Positions 12,005 through 25,354 of a stretch of 46,952 nt of DNA are shown here, piece by piece. Origin of the DNA: Octopus sinensis (lineage: Eukaryota); the NCBI RefSeq assembly GCF_006345805.1, contig NW_021831722.1, positions 1-46,952 of the forward strand. Reading direction: 5' to 3'. Every line of letters starts with the position of its first letter. Position 1 is the stretch's first letter. A program made the translations under genes and the position numbers. Below the pieces are notes generated by a model. That model had not been told where the DNA came from and did no database searches. It saw nothing but the letters and a program-made list of their open reading frames with translations.

Positions 12005-12235
12005 AGGCGGCGAACTGGCAGAAACGTTAGCACGCCGGGCGAAATGCTCAGCGTTATTTCGTCTGTCTTTACGTTCTCAGTTCAAGTTCCGCCGAGGTCG
12101 ACTTTGCCTTTCATGCTTTCGTGGTCAATAAATTAAGTACCAGTTGCGTCCTGGGGTCGATCTAATCGATTGGCCCCCCCTACTACCCCAAGTTGCGGGT
12201 ATCGTGCCTAGAGTAAAAAATAAAATAAAAAAAGA
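12005..12235 (+). mobile_element. SINE family B, full length, with 17-bp TSD
   Basis: ATATTTGGTTTAGACGA at 11988-12004 and 12236-12252 flanks head, core and an A-rich tail. Confidence 0.92.
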
Positions 12236-12339
12236 ATATTTGGTTTAGACGAGGTTTATTAATACTGAAAATGTAATAGTGAAATACACGTTTAAAATTA
12301 AAATATAGTGTTGCTACATGAATTAAAATATAAGGGTAT

Positions 12340-12443
12340 ACATGGTTTCGTGTTTAGTCCCATTAAGTGGCACCTTGGGCAACAGTTTTGTATTGTAGTC
12401 TCGAACTAACCAAAGCCTTGTGAGTGGATTTGGAAGACGGAAG
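12340..12443 (+). mobile_element. Diverged SINE family A head fragment
   Basis: GTGGCACCTTGGGCAA...CCAAAGCCTTGTGAGTGGATTTGGAAGACGGAA. Confidence 0.7.
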
Positions 12444-12864
12444 TATTTATCAACTCTCCTCCCATTTTCATCCAACCCTCCTCCCTTCTTCTCTCTTCCT
12501 CTCACATCTACTTCCTCCCACCCACCTCTCCTACTTATTCTCTTCCCTCCTACCCTCCTTCACCTACCCCCTCTCGCTTTATCGCCACCCTTTCCTCGCA
12601 GCCCCACCCCTACACAATCTTTTAAAGAGTGAGTACATTTTTTTGGTGGGGGACACTCTGTATTAATGGTTGCCTCTGATAGGGCTCTACAGAGAAGGTC
12701 TCAACCCCCCCACGACCCCCCCCCCCCGCAAGGAATAGTGGGTGGAGAAAATTGATGAAAGGATGGCTTGGAAGTATTTTGTTTTTACAACAATGACTTG
12801 CATATTCATTCTTTATACGTTCCGGTAAATTTCAATGTCAATATGCTACTCGCTGTTGTAATCG

Positions 12865-13003
12865 TCACAGGAGAACAGTTTCTCTCTTTACGACGAATAC
12901 GTGTTCATGAAACTCTCGGCTCATCTGTGCAAAGGATTCTGGGACAACTGGTGGTTTTGTCTTCGCTACGTTCCCATGAAAGTTACATAGTCTATGAGCT
13001 TCT
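12865..13003 (-). other. Possible terminal coding exon (unverified)
   Basis: Acceptor-like TTGTGTTTTCACAG followed by a 45-codon frame EAHRLCNFHGNVAKTKPPVVPESFAQMSREFHEHVFVVKRETVLL* in non-repetitive sequence. No homologue recognised; could be chance. Confidence 0.15.
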
Positions 13004-13239
13004 CTGTGAAAACACAATCCTTATGAGAGATTATCGTCATTTAGGGGTAAAACTGTCACCAACATCTTGGAACTAGCGCACCCACACACACACACATACA
13101 CACACACACAAATACACACACATATATACATACATACGTATGTGCATACATACATGTATATACATATACTTATATATACATGCATACACATATACACACA
13201 TACATACCACATACATATAGTTTTATATATATACATGTA

Positions 13240-14354
13240 AGGTAGATTAAGGGATTAATAAAGAAATACAGAGAAAGGGGACAGAAGGGATAAAATGATA
13301 AAATAAAGTACAGTAGATGAAGGGGATGATGAAGAAATATATAAGAAAAGAAAATAAGGAACGAAAGAAAAAGGATTAACGAAGAGAGAATGAGAGAGAG
13401 AAAGAGAGAGAGAGAGAGTGCGGGAGGAGAAGGGAAAGAGAATAAGAGGGAGACAGAGAGAGAAAGAAGGAGGGAGGGAGAGAAAGAGAGAGAGGGGAGA
13501 GAGAGTAAAAGAGAGAAAGCGAAAGACAGAGATATATAGATAGATAGATTGTTAGATAAATAAATAGATAAAAATGAGAATAACAAAGTGGGAGAGTGCA
13601 GAATAGACTGATGAAGGAGGGAAATAAGAAAGAAGGAAGGAAGAAAGAAGGAAGGAAGAAAGAAGGAAGGAAGAAAGAAGGAAGGAAAAAGTGAGAGGCA
13701 AAATAAGATAGGGTATTGTAGAATAAGAGGCTGATAAGGAATGAAAGACAAAGAAACAAAGAGAGGAAGCAAGATATAAAAAAGTAGGGAACGAAAGAAA
13801 TCGTGAACGAAGTAGAAAAAGAAAGAAATGGAGGAGAACAGAGAAGAAACAGAGAGAGAAGGGGAAGAGGTAGGGAAGGAAAAATTGAAATAAAGAAAAA
13901 GAAAGAGGAAAAAGAGAGAAAGAAGGAGTAAAATTGCAAATAATGAACGAATAAAAACAAAAGAATTACAACTATAATGCAAACCACTATAATAACTGAA
14001 ACAATAACAACAACAATATAGAAACATAAGAAAAATAAGTAAAGACAAAAGACAAAACAACAAAGAAAAGTTAGAAGAACAAAAAAAAAGAAGAAAAAAA
14101 AACGAAAGAAAATGTCAGAATGTTATATGGCTATCACTGAAAGCTATGGAAAACTGAGATGGAAATTGTAGGAATGCGAGAGATGTTGCTCGCCGCAAAT
14201 GTATGAAGAAGAAGAAGAAAAAGAAGAAAGAGAAGAAAGAAGAAGAAGAAGAAGACGAAGAAGAAGAAGAAGAAGAAAGACGAAGAGGAAGAAGAAGAAA
14301 GACGAAGAAGAAGAAGAAAAATAATAATAACAACAATAATAATAATAATAATAA

Positions 14355-14385
<31 letters not shown>

Positions 14386-14403
14386 AAAAATAATAGTAAT
14401 AAT

Positions 14404-14453
<50 letters not shown>

Positions 14454-14458
14454 TGATG

Positions 14459-14495
<37 letters not shown>

Positions 14496-14512
14496 TGATG
14501 ATGATGATGATG

Positions 14513-14576
<64 letters not shown>

Positions 14577-14577
14577 G
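13240..14577. repeat. Purine-rich low complexity followed by (GAA)n and (AAT)n
   Basis: A GA-rich tract grades into pure trinucleotide arrays at 14203-14577. Confidence 0.9.
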
Positions 14578-14888
14578 TATATGAAGAAAGAGATATAGAA
14601 AAAATATGGAGAAGGCGAGAAAATGGCGGAACGCAAATATAAATTGAATGAATCAGCAGATATTTGGAATTCTTAAGCAAAAGGTGTAATGTAATGTAGT
14701 AGGAAGATATCGGTGTTGGCAATGTGTTAAATGGTGACCGTGTCTGGCCACACGCACACTGGACTTGAACTGGGCAGAGAAGATATTTATGGACAACCTG
14801 GAGGCGAAACGTTAAAACAAATAATGATAAAGCTAAAATAGATTTAAGTAAACGGGATGGTGGCGTTGAGAGATTGATATATGGCGAT

Positions 14889-14940
<52 letters not shown>

Positions 14941-15429
14941 ATAGATACAGAGAAAGAAATATAGTTAAAGAGTTCGGTATATGTGTGTGTGTGTGTGTGT
15001 GTGTGTATGTATATATTCAAATGTATATAAATATAAATGTGTGTGTATATATATATGTATAAGCATACATACACACATATAGACAGACAGACAGATAGAT
15101 AGATAAAGAGAGAGGAGAGAGAGAGAGAGAGAGAAGAGAGAGTTTGTCAGTCAGACTTGTAGATGGGCACACACCCATATATACATATATACATAGACAC
15201 ATGTATATACATATATATATGATAAATGTGTAGTTATCTATTATATACGTGTGTGTATGAGTATGTGTGTAAGTGCGACATATGTACGCCTATATATCTA
15301 ACATCCATTTGTTTTTGTCTGTACACATACACACATATACACACACGCACACACACGTACACACGTATGCACACACACATACATCTATATCTATATCTAT
15401 GTCTGCCTATCTATCTATCCTTTGTCTGC

Positions 15430-15483
<54 letters not shown>

Positions 15484-15493
15484 GTCTGTCTTC

Positions 15494-15589
<96 letters not shown>

Positions 15590-16973
15590 ATCAACATAAA
15601 TTCAAACATACTCGTACATATACAAGGTAGCATAATGATATACAGACTGTGATAGAACGGCTGGTTTATTGATGCACAGACACGTTAAGTTAATAATTAC
15701 AAATTACAAATGGAAACAGACAGGTATATGGATTAAAAAAAAAAAAGATGGGAGGGTAAGAGCGAGAAATTATGGCGTCAAAAATAGAGGGTGAAAAGAA
15801 AAAAAAAATACGGTTCTGTTTAGGAAGACGAGAGAGACTATACTATAGCACGACGAATACATAACTGTATACAACAAGATCTAATGCTTGTCGACAATTG
15901 CTGTCATCTTAACTTGTCCTCGACAAGCATTATGCACTATTTCTGAAGTATCATGTAATAAAGTATTACTGATAATATATTTATAAAACAACATCAATTT
16001 AAATAACACGCCTAGGAGCTCGGGAATAGATCCACTCAGGTTTCTTATATGTTATATTATTGTCTTTGTTTCTAGTAGGTTCAATATCTACTACTATATC
16101 CTCGACTATTTACACTCACAAACGTATTCATCACGCTAAGTCGTTGGTCAGATGTCAAGTTGGTTTAAATTTTCAACGTGGACGAGAAAATTATATCGTA
16201 GAAATCCCTAGAGATTATTGAACAAGGCTGAGATTAATTTTCACTTGCTTCTATACGATACCACTGTTTTGGTGCAAATATTAGAGCTTCGCTGACGAAT
16301 TCCGACTTCTCAAATGACAGTGCGTTTTGTAAAGCCGGCTTTTTACGTACGACAATGACACTGCAGTTGACAGCAACACAAGATACTTAGACATAAACAC
16401 AACACAATTGCTTCCCTCTCCCGTATTAAAATCTTTTATATAGTCAGGAGTTTAGTTTATGCTTGACACCAAATCAACCTTGATCAAGCAGACATATAAC
16501 CAACAGCGATCCAAGCGTGACCATTACCGTTTTCTTTCTTCATCAGATATAATGTATCTAAATCCACATCATTAACCTACCTTCCGTGCTATTTTTAATT
16601 TTCAGGCGGCGGTTTGAGGAAGACATGGCTGTTATTTCTAGGAAATCGTGAGACCATGAAGAGACTGTCTCGAACCGGGGCTTGTCTGAATGCTTTCTTT
16701 ATCTTATATTTGTTTCGGTCATTGGACCGTGACCATACTGGGGCACTGCCTTGTGAAGTTTAATCGCACATATCAATTCCATTACAGTCCCATGTTACTG
16801 TGAACTTGCTATTTTTAAGGTAGCGTTCAGCATTTTTATGTAAGTATGTATGTATGTATGTATGTATGTATGTATGTATGTATGTATGTATGTATGTATG
16901 TATGTATGTATGTATGCAGGCATGCATGTATATATGCATGTACTCATGCATGTATGCATATGTGAAATTTTGT

Positions 16974-17064
16974 GGGAAGGGGCTAATCGATTAGATCGAC
17001 CCCAGTATGCAACTGGTACTTAATTTATCGACCCCGAAAGGATGAAAGGCAAAGTCGACCTCGG
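16974..17064 (-). mobile_element. SINE family B fragment
   Basis: Core GATCGACCCCAG...AGGATGAAAGGCAAAGTCGACCTCGG. Confidence 0.8.
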
Positions 17065-17378
17065 TACATGCATATATACATGCATGCCTGCATACATACA
17101 TACATACATAAAAATGCTGAACGCGACCTTAAAAATTTATGCATGTATGTATGTAATTATGTATGCATGCATGTATGCATGCGTGTACGTATGTGTGCAT
17201 ATAAGCATATATGTATGTATGTATGCATACTTGTATGTATGTTGCATGTTTGTATGATGTATAAATGTATCTATGTATGTACGCATGAATGTGTAAGCAT
17301 GTATATAGTTATAGATATATACATGATATATATATATGCATGATATATATACATATGTATATAACATACATACAAGTA

Positions 17379-17449
<71 letters not shown>

Positions 17450-17680
17450 TGTGTGTGTGTGTATGTATGTATGTATATAGTAGTATGTATGTATGTGCGT
17501 ATATGCGCGCGCCTATATATATGCATGCATCACATAATGTAAAGTCTATCAACTGGGAAAAGTAAAAAGAACTTATGCTTCTGTAGAATAATTATATATA
17601 TTAATACAATACAGAATGGAATATGTATGGTATTTAAAAGTTTCACCAGATGAATTGTATAGTAATATTTTTCTTACAAT

Positions 17681-18305
17681 GAGGTGGCGAGCTGGCGGAA
17701 ACGTTAGCACACCGGGAGAAATTCTTGGCGGTATTTCGTCTGCCGTTACGTTCTGGGTTCAAATTCCACCGAGGTCAACTTTGCTTTCATCCTTTCGGGG
17801 GTCGATTAATTAAGTACCAGTTACGCACTGGGGTCAATGTAATCGACTTAATCCGTTTGTCTGTCTTTGTTTGTCCCCTCTATGTTTAGCCCCTTGTGGG
17901 CAATAAAGAAATAAGAAACTTTAGCACACCGGGCGAAATACACAGCGGTCTTCCGTCTGTCTTTACATTCTGAGTTCAAATTCCGCCGAGGTCGACTTTG
18001 CCTTTCATCCTTTCGGGGTCGATAAGTTAAGTACCAGTTGCATACTGGGGTCGATCTAATCGATTAGCCCCCCTCCCACAAAATTTCGGTCTTTATGCCT
18101 AGAGTAGAAAAGAATCATTAGTATGGCAGGCGAAATGCTTAGTGGCATTTCGTCTGTCACTACGTTCTGAGTTCATATTCCACCGAAGTCGACTTTCATT
18201 CTTTCGAGGTCGATTAAATAAGTACCAGTTACGCATTGGGGTTGATGTAATCGACTCAAATCCTTCCCCCAAATTTGAGGCTTTGTGCTCCCAGTAAAAC
18301 GAAAA
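17681..18305 (+). mobile_element. Three head-to-tail SINE family B copies
   Basis: Three successive cores at about 17681-17913, 17914-18118 and 18120-18305; the second and third are 5'-clipped and the tails differ. Confidence 0.85.
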
Positions 18306-19076
18306 CACCTGTAGCATGGAATAAAAATTGTTAATCCTTTTATCATTATTGAATTTATTGATACTACACAATAACTTGTATGAAATAAATAAAGCTAAAT
18401 GCACAACTACGTGTATATAAATATACACAATGTAACATTTTTGATAAGTGTCGAAGATATGTATTGTACGATACAAATAAGATGACTTTTTTAGAGTAAA
18501 GTTTATTTGCCAACGTAAAGTGGCAATCCTGATTAGGGTCAATGTTGCTGTTATTTAGCGTCAGGAAAATATCGTCTCCAGCTGGCTATCGATGCACTAA
18601 CTGCGTCTTTATATTTTCGAACAAGGGAGCCAGTGTCCCCACTCAGCTCAAGGCAATATCTGTGTATCGATGGTTTCTGGGTTATATATCTTTATCAGCA
18701 CAGAATAATCGCTTGGCTAGAGATAGCGGCACCTGTTCCTGTACGAAGTATATACTTTTCAAAGTGACACACACTCACTGATCTCATAAATAGAGAAACT
18801 ATTAGTTCTAAATCTCCGAACGAGAAATATGCAGAGTAAAGTTTATCTGCCGTTAGAACCGCAGAAATATTAGGTAAATTACCCTTGCAACCCGGAAAAA
18901 TTATATACAATTACGTGCATATAAATATAGACAAACTAACATTTGTTTTTGCTTTGTTTTATAAGCAACGAAAATGTGGATTGTACGATTCAAATAAGAT
19001 GATAATTTTTTTCGAAAGCTAAAACGCCATTAGAACAACAGAGATATTGGGTAATACACACTAGCTATCTATTTAT

Positions 19077-19202
<126 letters not shown>

Positions 19203-19286
19203 ATCTTTTTGCTGTATCTTGAGTCACAACAAGATTTGTCTCAGCACACGGATTCACATGAAGAATCTTGCAAACAAAATGAAATA

Positions 19287-19450
19287 GGTGGAGGAGTGGC
19301 TGTGTGGTAAGTAGCTTGCTTACCAACCACATGATTCTGGGTTCAGTCTCGCTGCGTGGCAACTTGGGCAAGTGTCTTCTACTATAGCCTCGGGCCAACC
19401 AAAGCCTTGTGAGTGGATTTGGTAGACGGAAACTGAAAGAAGCCCGTCGT
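19287..19450 (+). mobile_element. SINE family A, 5' half only
   Basis: A box TGGCTGTGTGG, B box GGTTCAGTCTC; ends at GAAGCCCGTCG plus (TA)n with no tail. Confidence 0.85.
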
Positions 19451-19486
19451 ATATATATATATATATATATAATATATATATATATA

Positions 19487-19720
19487 TCTTATTATAAAGG
19501 CAGATTTTATCTGCCTCCCTTTGTCACTTATAGAAATCTACAATATAGGATTTCTTCAATTACAATTTACCTAGCATTTTTAGAGTAGAATGCATCGGGT
19601 CATGCCAGGTCCAGTTTTTTAAAATTTAAACTCCAATTAAGCAAAATTTACAGAAAACTCACATTCTGGTGTTTATGTCAAATGCTTTTCTGTCTGGTTT
19701 ACAGCACACGCAAACGCACA
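19487..19720 (+). mobile_element. Possible Helitron 5' fragment
   Basis: Begins A|TCTTATTATAAAG, resembling the 5' end of the element at 20343, and has an 8-bp perfect hairpin AGGCAGAT-TTT-ATCTGCCT. No 3' CTAG terminus found. Confidence 0.3.
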
Positions 19721-20017
19721 CACACAGTGTGCAACGAATAAAATGAACTAATTCACTGTGTGTGTGTTGACAGGTAGACAATAGAATGGCGATGGCGATG
19801 GCGATGTAATATTTGTTTCTGTCTATCACGCTGATAGATACAGAGTAAAAATGTATGGCAAGCTAAGAGATAAGATTGAGTGAAAATGTTCTTGGAAGAG
19901 AGTAAATAGCGACAGAGTGATTTGAGGAAGACTAAACTGAAAGTAGGAAACAGTGTTTATGTATAAACAGACGACACTTATATATAGTTTATTAATAAAT
20001 GTATGCATCCGTTTAAA

Positions 20018-20340
20018 CCCTTTCGTTACCAAACCGCCCGAATTTACCTATTCATTTAAAATGAGAATATCAGAGTAAATCTCTTTAGTACATTCGTGAA
20101 AACACGTATTATACTTCGTAACACTTCAAATACAGTTTTTGTACAAAAATCGAAGTGTAATTTTAATTCCGTGAATTATGGGAGATTTTTTTCCGAAATT
20201 TGTTCCTATTGTGTTTTCAAAATTTGTAATTCTGACAAAAAATGGATACGAATTTCATTATATTAAGCAGCGAGTCAGAATTCGAAGGATTTTCTACTGA
20301 AGACCTTCATAAATCTAACTCTATCACTGAAAAAAAAAAG
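20018..20340 (+). mobile_element. Possible piggyBac-like left end
   Basis: TTAAA|CCCTTTCGTTACC terminus and a downstream acidic N-terminal-like peptide SSESEFEGFSTEDL. No right TIR seen; truncated by the Helitron. Confidence 0.35.
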
Positions 20341-20342
20341 CA

Positions 20343-20740
20343 TCTTTATATAAGAGTGAAGTTGTGTGTCTGTCTCCTACGATTTAGATTCGTAACTACT
20401 CCCACATTTTGCGGTGCAGCTTAACCAAAAGCGGGTATCTTATAGTCGTGATTCATATCGAGCCCTTCTGGGTATTAGCGCGCGTCTACGATGAGTCTAC
20501 GATTTAAAAAAAATTTACCATCATATTTTTCCATTTTAATGCATTTTTTTCGCTTTTATATAAGGGAAGTAACTCTCTAAAAATATCTACGATGTGTCAA
20601 CGATTTAAAAAAAATTTACCGTAATTTTTTTTCAATTTTTAATGCATTTTTTTGCTATTTTTTGGCTATAACTCTCTAAAAAAAAATGCTTATATAGTTA
20701 TTTCCCTTACAAACCGAGCAACGCCGGGCGATACTGCTAG
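20343..20740 (+). mobile_element. Non-autonomous Helitron (398 bp)
   Basis: 5' TC after A, 3' CTAG before T, subterminal hairpin CCG-AGCAACGC-CGG (20714-20727) ending 10 nt before the terminal CTAG, no TSD. Internal tandem duplication of about 100 bp (about 20485-20683). Confidence 0.85.
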
Positions 20741-20780
<40 letters not shown>

Positions 20781-20869
20781 ATTATATATAGATATATTAT
20801 ATGCGTGTATATACGTTTGTGTTTCTGTGTTTTTGTCCCGCCTTCCTGTTTCGTGAGTAACGCTGCGAT

Positions 20870-20960
20870 GGACTGGCGTCTAGCTGGGGGAACACATACG
20901 CCATAGAAACCGGGAAACCGGGCCCATGAGCCTGGCTAGGCTTGAAAAGGGCGCATAAAT
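20870..20960 (+). repeat. Orphan SINE-D-type tail module
   Basis: CTGCGATGGACTGGCGTC...GAAACCGGGCCCATGAGCCTGGC is homologous to the minus strand of about 26455-26530. Confidence 0.6.
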
Positions 20961-21166
20961 ATATATACATATCGGAAAATGTAATTGCAATGCAATAAAA
21001 TACACTAGTGTATTAATTATTGGGTATTCTATTAACAGTATATTGGATAGATATTATCCCTTAGTGGGTTGGATTCACAACCCCTTTCTTGGAGTTATAT
21101 ATATAGACATATATACATGCATACATACAACGGGCTTATTTTCAATTTCTGTTTATATAAACACAC

Positions 21167-21227
<61 letters not shown>

Positions 21228-21754
21228 TACACAAACACATACATACGCACTATACACTGTATGTATTAAATGCACATTCAATTGACACTCAGAAGTTGAT
21301 GATATCATCTTATATACAATAACAGTGTTTATAGTGAGTCGGCGAAATTCCGTACTGGTTTTCATTGGTAATCCATCGGATTTCGAATATTCCAGCCCCA
21401 CCAAAAACACACAACCACGACCAACACCGTCACCTCAACAACAATAACAGCAACAACAACAACAAGGACGACGAGGAAGAACATTAAGCAACACCTAGGA
21501 TAGTAAGAGAAGAAACAAGAGACGATATACGAGAAATAGTAGCCGCATCTAGGAATACAGGAATGGAAATTTATATTCTGGGAGTCCGCCCCTTTTTCTC
21601 CAAAAATAAAAACAAAAATTGAAGTAAAGTAAAAAAATAAAGTTTTTTTTTTTCAATAAGTAAAGAAATATAAACAACAAGAGCAAAACAGAACGAAATT
21701 AACCAAAAACAACTATAAAATATAGGAATGAAGCTTTGTCATTATCAGCCAGTA

Positions 21755-21796
21755 TAGCTGCTGCTACTGCTACTACTACTACTACTACTACTACTA

Positions 21797-21828
<32 letters not shown>

Positions 21829-21929
21829 AACTACCACCACCACCACCACCACCACCACCACAATTACCTCCGCCACCATCACTACCACAACCACCACCAC
21901 AACTACCACCGCCACTACCGCCACCACCA

Positions 21930-21974
<45 letters not shown>

Positions 21975-22290
21975 CACCACCACCACCACCACCACCACAA
22001 TTACCTCCACCACCATCACCACCACAACTACCACCACAACTACCACCGCCACTACCGCCACCACCACACTACTACTACTACTACTACTACTACAAGCACC
22101 GCCTCCATCATCATCAGCCCCAGTACGGCTATTAATGTCACAAGCGTCGTACGTACAATAAAAATAACACCAGCACCACCAGCACCCCCAGCACCAGCAC
22201 CAGCACCAGCACCACCCGCACCACCACCACCACCACCACCGCCGCCATCACAACGACCGCCACCACCACCACCACCACCAGCAACAACAT
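21755..22290. repeat. Compound (CTA)n/(CCA)n microsatellite
   Basis: Alternating trinucleotide blocks. Confidence 0.9.
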
Positions 22291-22319
22291 CAACTTTTCT
22301 ACGAGCTAACGAAAAAGCT

Positions 22320-22700
22320 AAGTTACCGCTAGAGTTTCTATGAAATAGCAGTCAAATCTGCCTCAAATCACACTTTATTGTCTTAGATAAGGAAACGACG
22401 TATTGGTTAACGTGGACGTAAATACATTTAGAAAGGCGGGATGGTCACGGCTGGTCAAGCCGTCGGTCATAGCTTTTAGTCTATTCACGGTTATACTGAG
22501 GCTAAACAGCAGCAACAACAACAACAACAAAAACAACAAGATGAAAAACAACAACAGCAATAACATCAACAGTAACTTCGAACAGTTGTGTTACTGTACG
22601 AACTGTTAGAAATAGCAGCCAAATTTTCCTCAAAACGCATCCTACCGGTTTTAAGAAACAACCAGAGGATATATTGCATAATGAAGTCCAAGATAGACTC
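22320..22700. repeat. Dispersed repeat family F fragments
   Basis: Motif GAAATAGCAG(T/C)CAAAT..CCTCAAA occurs twice here; related motifs occur at about 36320 and 38580. Confidence 0.5.
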
Positions 22701-23108
22701 CTTTACTCATTTACTTGTTTCAGTCATTTGACTGTGGCCATGCTGGAGCACTGCCTTTAGTCGAGCAAATCGACTCCAGGACGTATTCTTCGCAAGGCTA
22801 GTACTTACTCTATCAGTCTCTTTTGCCGAACCGCTAAGTTACGGGGATGTAAACACACCAGCATCGGTTGTCAAGCGATGTTGGGGGGACAAATACAGAC
22901 GCACAAACATATACACACGCATACACATATATGTATATATACATATATATGACGGGCTTCTTTCAGTTTCCGTCTACCAAATCCACTCACAAGGCTTTGG
23001 TCGGCCCGAGGCTATAGTAGAAGACACTTGCCCAAGGTGCCACGCAGTGGGACTGAACCCGGAACCATTTGGTTGGTAAGAAAGCTACTTACCACACAGC
23101 CACTCCTC
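22698..23108 (-). mobile_element. SINE family A, full length
   Basis: Head, internal TA/CA tract and tail are all present; the best-preserved copy in the window. Confidence 0.92.
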
Positions 23109-23109
23109 C

Positions 23110-23350
23110 TCCACCACACCACCACCACCACCACCACCACCACCACCATCCACCACCACCACCACCACCACCACCACCACCACCGTCAACATCACTACCC
23201 CCATTACTACCACCAACAGCAAACATTACCACAACATCGATATCATCAGTACTATCTGTCATCATCGTCATCACCAATACCATCACCACCACTGCCATCG
23301 CCACCAGCAGCAACACCACCACCACCAGCAGCAGTAGCAGTAGCACCACC

Positions 23351-23382
<32 letters not shown>

Positions 23383-23455
23383 CAACAAAGATTACTACAA
23401 CATCACGACCACTACCATCACAACTTCCAAACATCACCAGCACCACCACCATCAC

Positions 23456-23498
<43 letters not shown>

Positions 23499-23725
23499 AT
23501 CACCACCACCACCACCACCACCATCAACAACAACGACGACAACCACACCAACAAACATCAGCAAAGCCTCAGCACCGCCACTGTTATCATCTCCACCACC
23601 ATCATCACATCACCCATCATCATCATAGCAGTCCACGACCACCACAACTATCACCACCGCCACCACGTCCCCATCACAAGCAAAAGCAACAACAACAAGA
23701 ACAAGAACAACAACAGCAACAACAA

Positions 23726-23758
<33 letters not shown>

Positions 23759-23760
23759 TC
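23110..23760. repeat. Degenerate (CCA/CAA/CAT/CAG)n tract
   Basis: Low-complexity trinucleotides; source of poly-H/T/P/Q ORFs. Confidence 0.9.
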
Positions 23761-24032
23761 GCCACAGAAACAAGGAAACCTTATAAACTGTAGGTGTACT
23801 AAAGGTTAAGACTTCGCTTGTGTCACATTACAGTCTATCTGCGGTTCAGTTTACATTTAGTGGTGACCCAGGACAGTAACTAAGGTGTCAACAAGTCGAA
23901 CGAGAGCACTCGAATGTGTCAATCATGGTGTTAGATCGAACAAGCGATCAGCGTCACACCCCATCACAATATATACATATATATATATATATATTATATA
24001 TATATATTATATATATATATATATTATAATAT

Positions 24033-24066
<34 letters not shown>

Positions 24067-24175
24067 ATATATATATATATATAACACAATATATACATAT
24101 ATACACACATATATACACATGTATATATATATATATATCTACATTAATACATAGATATATACATAGATACATACA

Positions 24176-24211
<36 letters not shown>

Positions 24212-24588
24212 TACATACATATATATACATAGATACATACATATATATATATATATGAAACTTACTTGGAAAAGGATGCGTGGCGTTCGATCATATAATA
24301 ATATGAATAATATATAAATATATGCATATATACATACATATAGAAATAAAAATTTATGTATAAAGAACGTGAAATACACGAAGGGACGAACACGGAAAAC
24401 AGACAAGTCATTCGAAGCCTTCAATCTTCAGTTAGAAACCGAATCATCATGGCAAATTTCGGCTGTTTAATTCTGATATTTGCTCCAACTCGGCCAGCCC
24501 CAAGGAAAAAACTAAGCTGTGGGCATTAGATTTCTTGGTAGAAGGAAAGAATGTAAACGCAACAGTGTACATACCTATATATATATGT

Positions 24589-24788
24589 TCAGAATCAGTC
24601 TTGCTGATGAGTACGGTCGCAACTGCGGTAAGTACGAAATCACAGGTGATACAAGACTAAATTCATTTTTTAAATGTCTTGCTTTGAAAAATTGCATTGG
24701 GTATGATTAGCAAAATGTTTTGGTAGAAATGACTAATTGTCCCTCTTAGCGTGTGGCATGTATGTGTAATAATGCCCTCTATATATAA
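24589..24788 (+). mobile_element. 200-bp HHR-headed element with 18-bp TSD
   Basis: Flanked by identical ATACCTATATATATATGT (24571-24588 and 24789-24806). Homologous to the 3' part of 43485-43718. Inserted into a family C repeat. Confidence 0.85.
24597..24658 (+). ncRNA. H6: canonical type I hammerhead ribozyme
   Basis: AGTCTTG-CTGATGA-GTAC-(17 nt)-GTAC-GAAA-TCAC-AG-GTGA-TA|CAAGACT: 7-bp stem I, intact core, triplet AUA, predicted cut after 24651. Confidence 0.88.
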
Positions 24789-25354
24789 ATACCTATATAT
24801 ATATGTATATATCCATGCATATATGGGTACAGGACATAAAGAACGTTGAATACAATGAGAAACGGAAACATAAAAACGAAAACATAGAAAACGAAAAAAG
24901 AAAACAAATAGAGAAACGAGACATGCAACATAAAGAATATTCCCCTTCATCAGTTGTCCCTGTTTCATCTACTCCGCGTTTCGGTTGGTGCATTATTATT
25001 GCGGCTTTTCTTTTCCCAACAAATTTCATTCAACGGAAACTAACAATATTTAACAAAAACATCTTTAAATGACGGTCTGACCGTCCGCCAAGCAAATTGA
25101 AGTAGATGGTGAATATGCTCCGGAATAATCATTTAAAGATGTTTTTGTTACATTTTAGTTATTATTTTTGTTGAATAAAATTTGTTGAAAAACAAAGCGG
25201 CAATAATTATGCGCCAACCCAATATATATATATATAGAGAGAGAGATAGATAGATATGAGAAGAAAATGGGTGTAATAACACACACACACCACACACACA
25301 CCACACACACACACACACACGCACGCGCGCACACACACACACACATACATATAA

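Noticed and set aside
12768-13076. 102-aa plus-strand ORF
   Set aside because: Non-ATG start, no recognisable domain, and no supporting splice or promoter context.
24405-24465. CTGAAGA and GAAA words on the minus strand
   Set aside because: Order and spacing do not give closable stems.
24945-24985. Type II hammerhead in family C (GAAAC...GTA...CTGATGA on the minus strand)
   Set aside because: No stem I hairpin can form between the triplet and the core here or at 27499-27532; not called a ribozyme.
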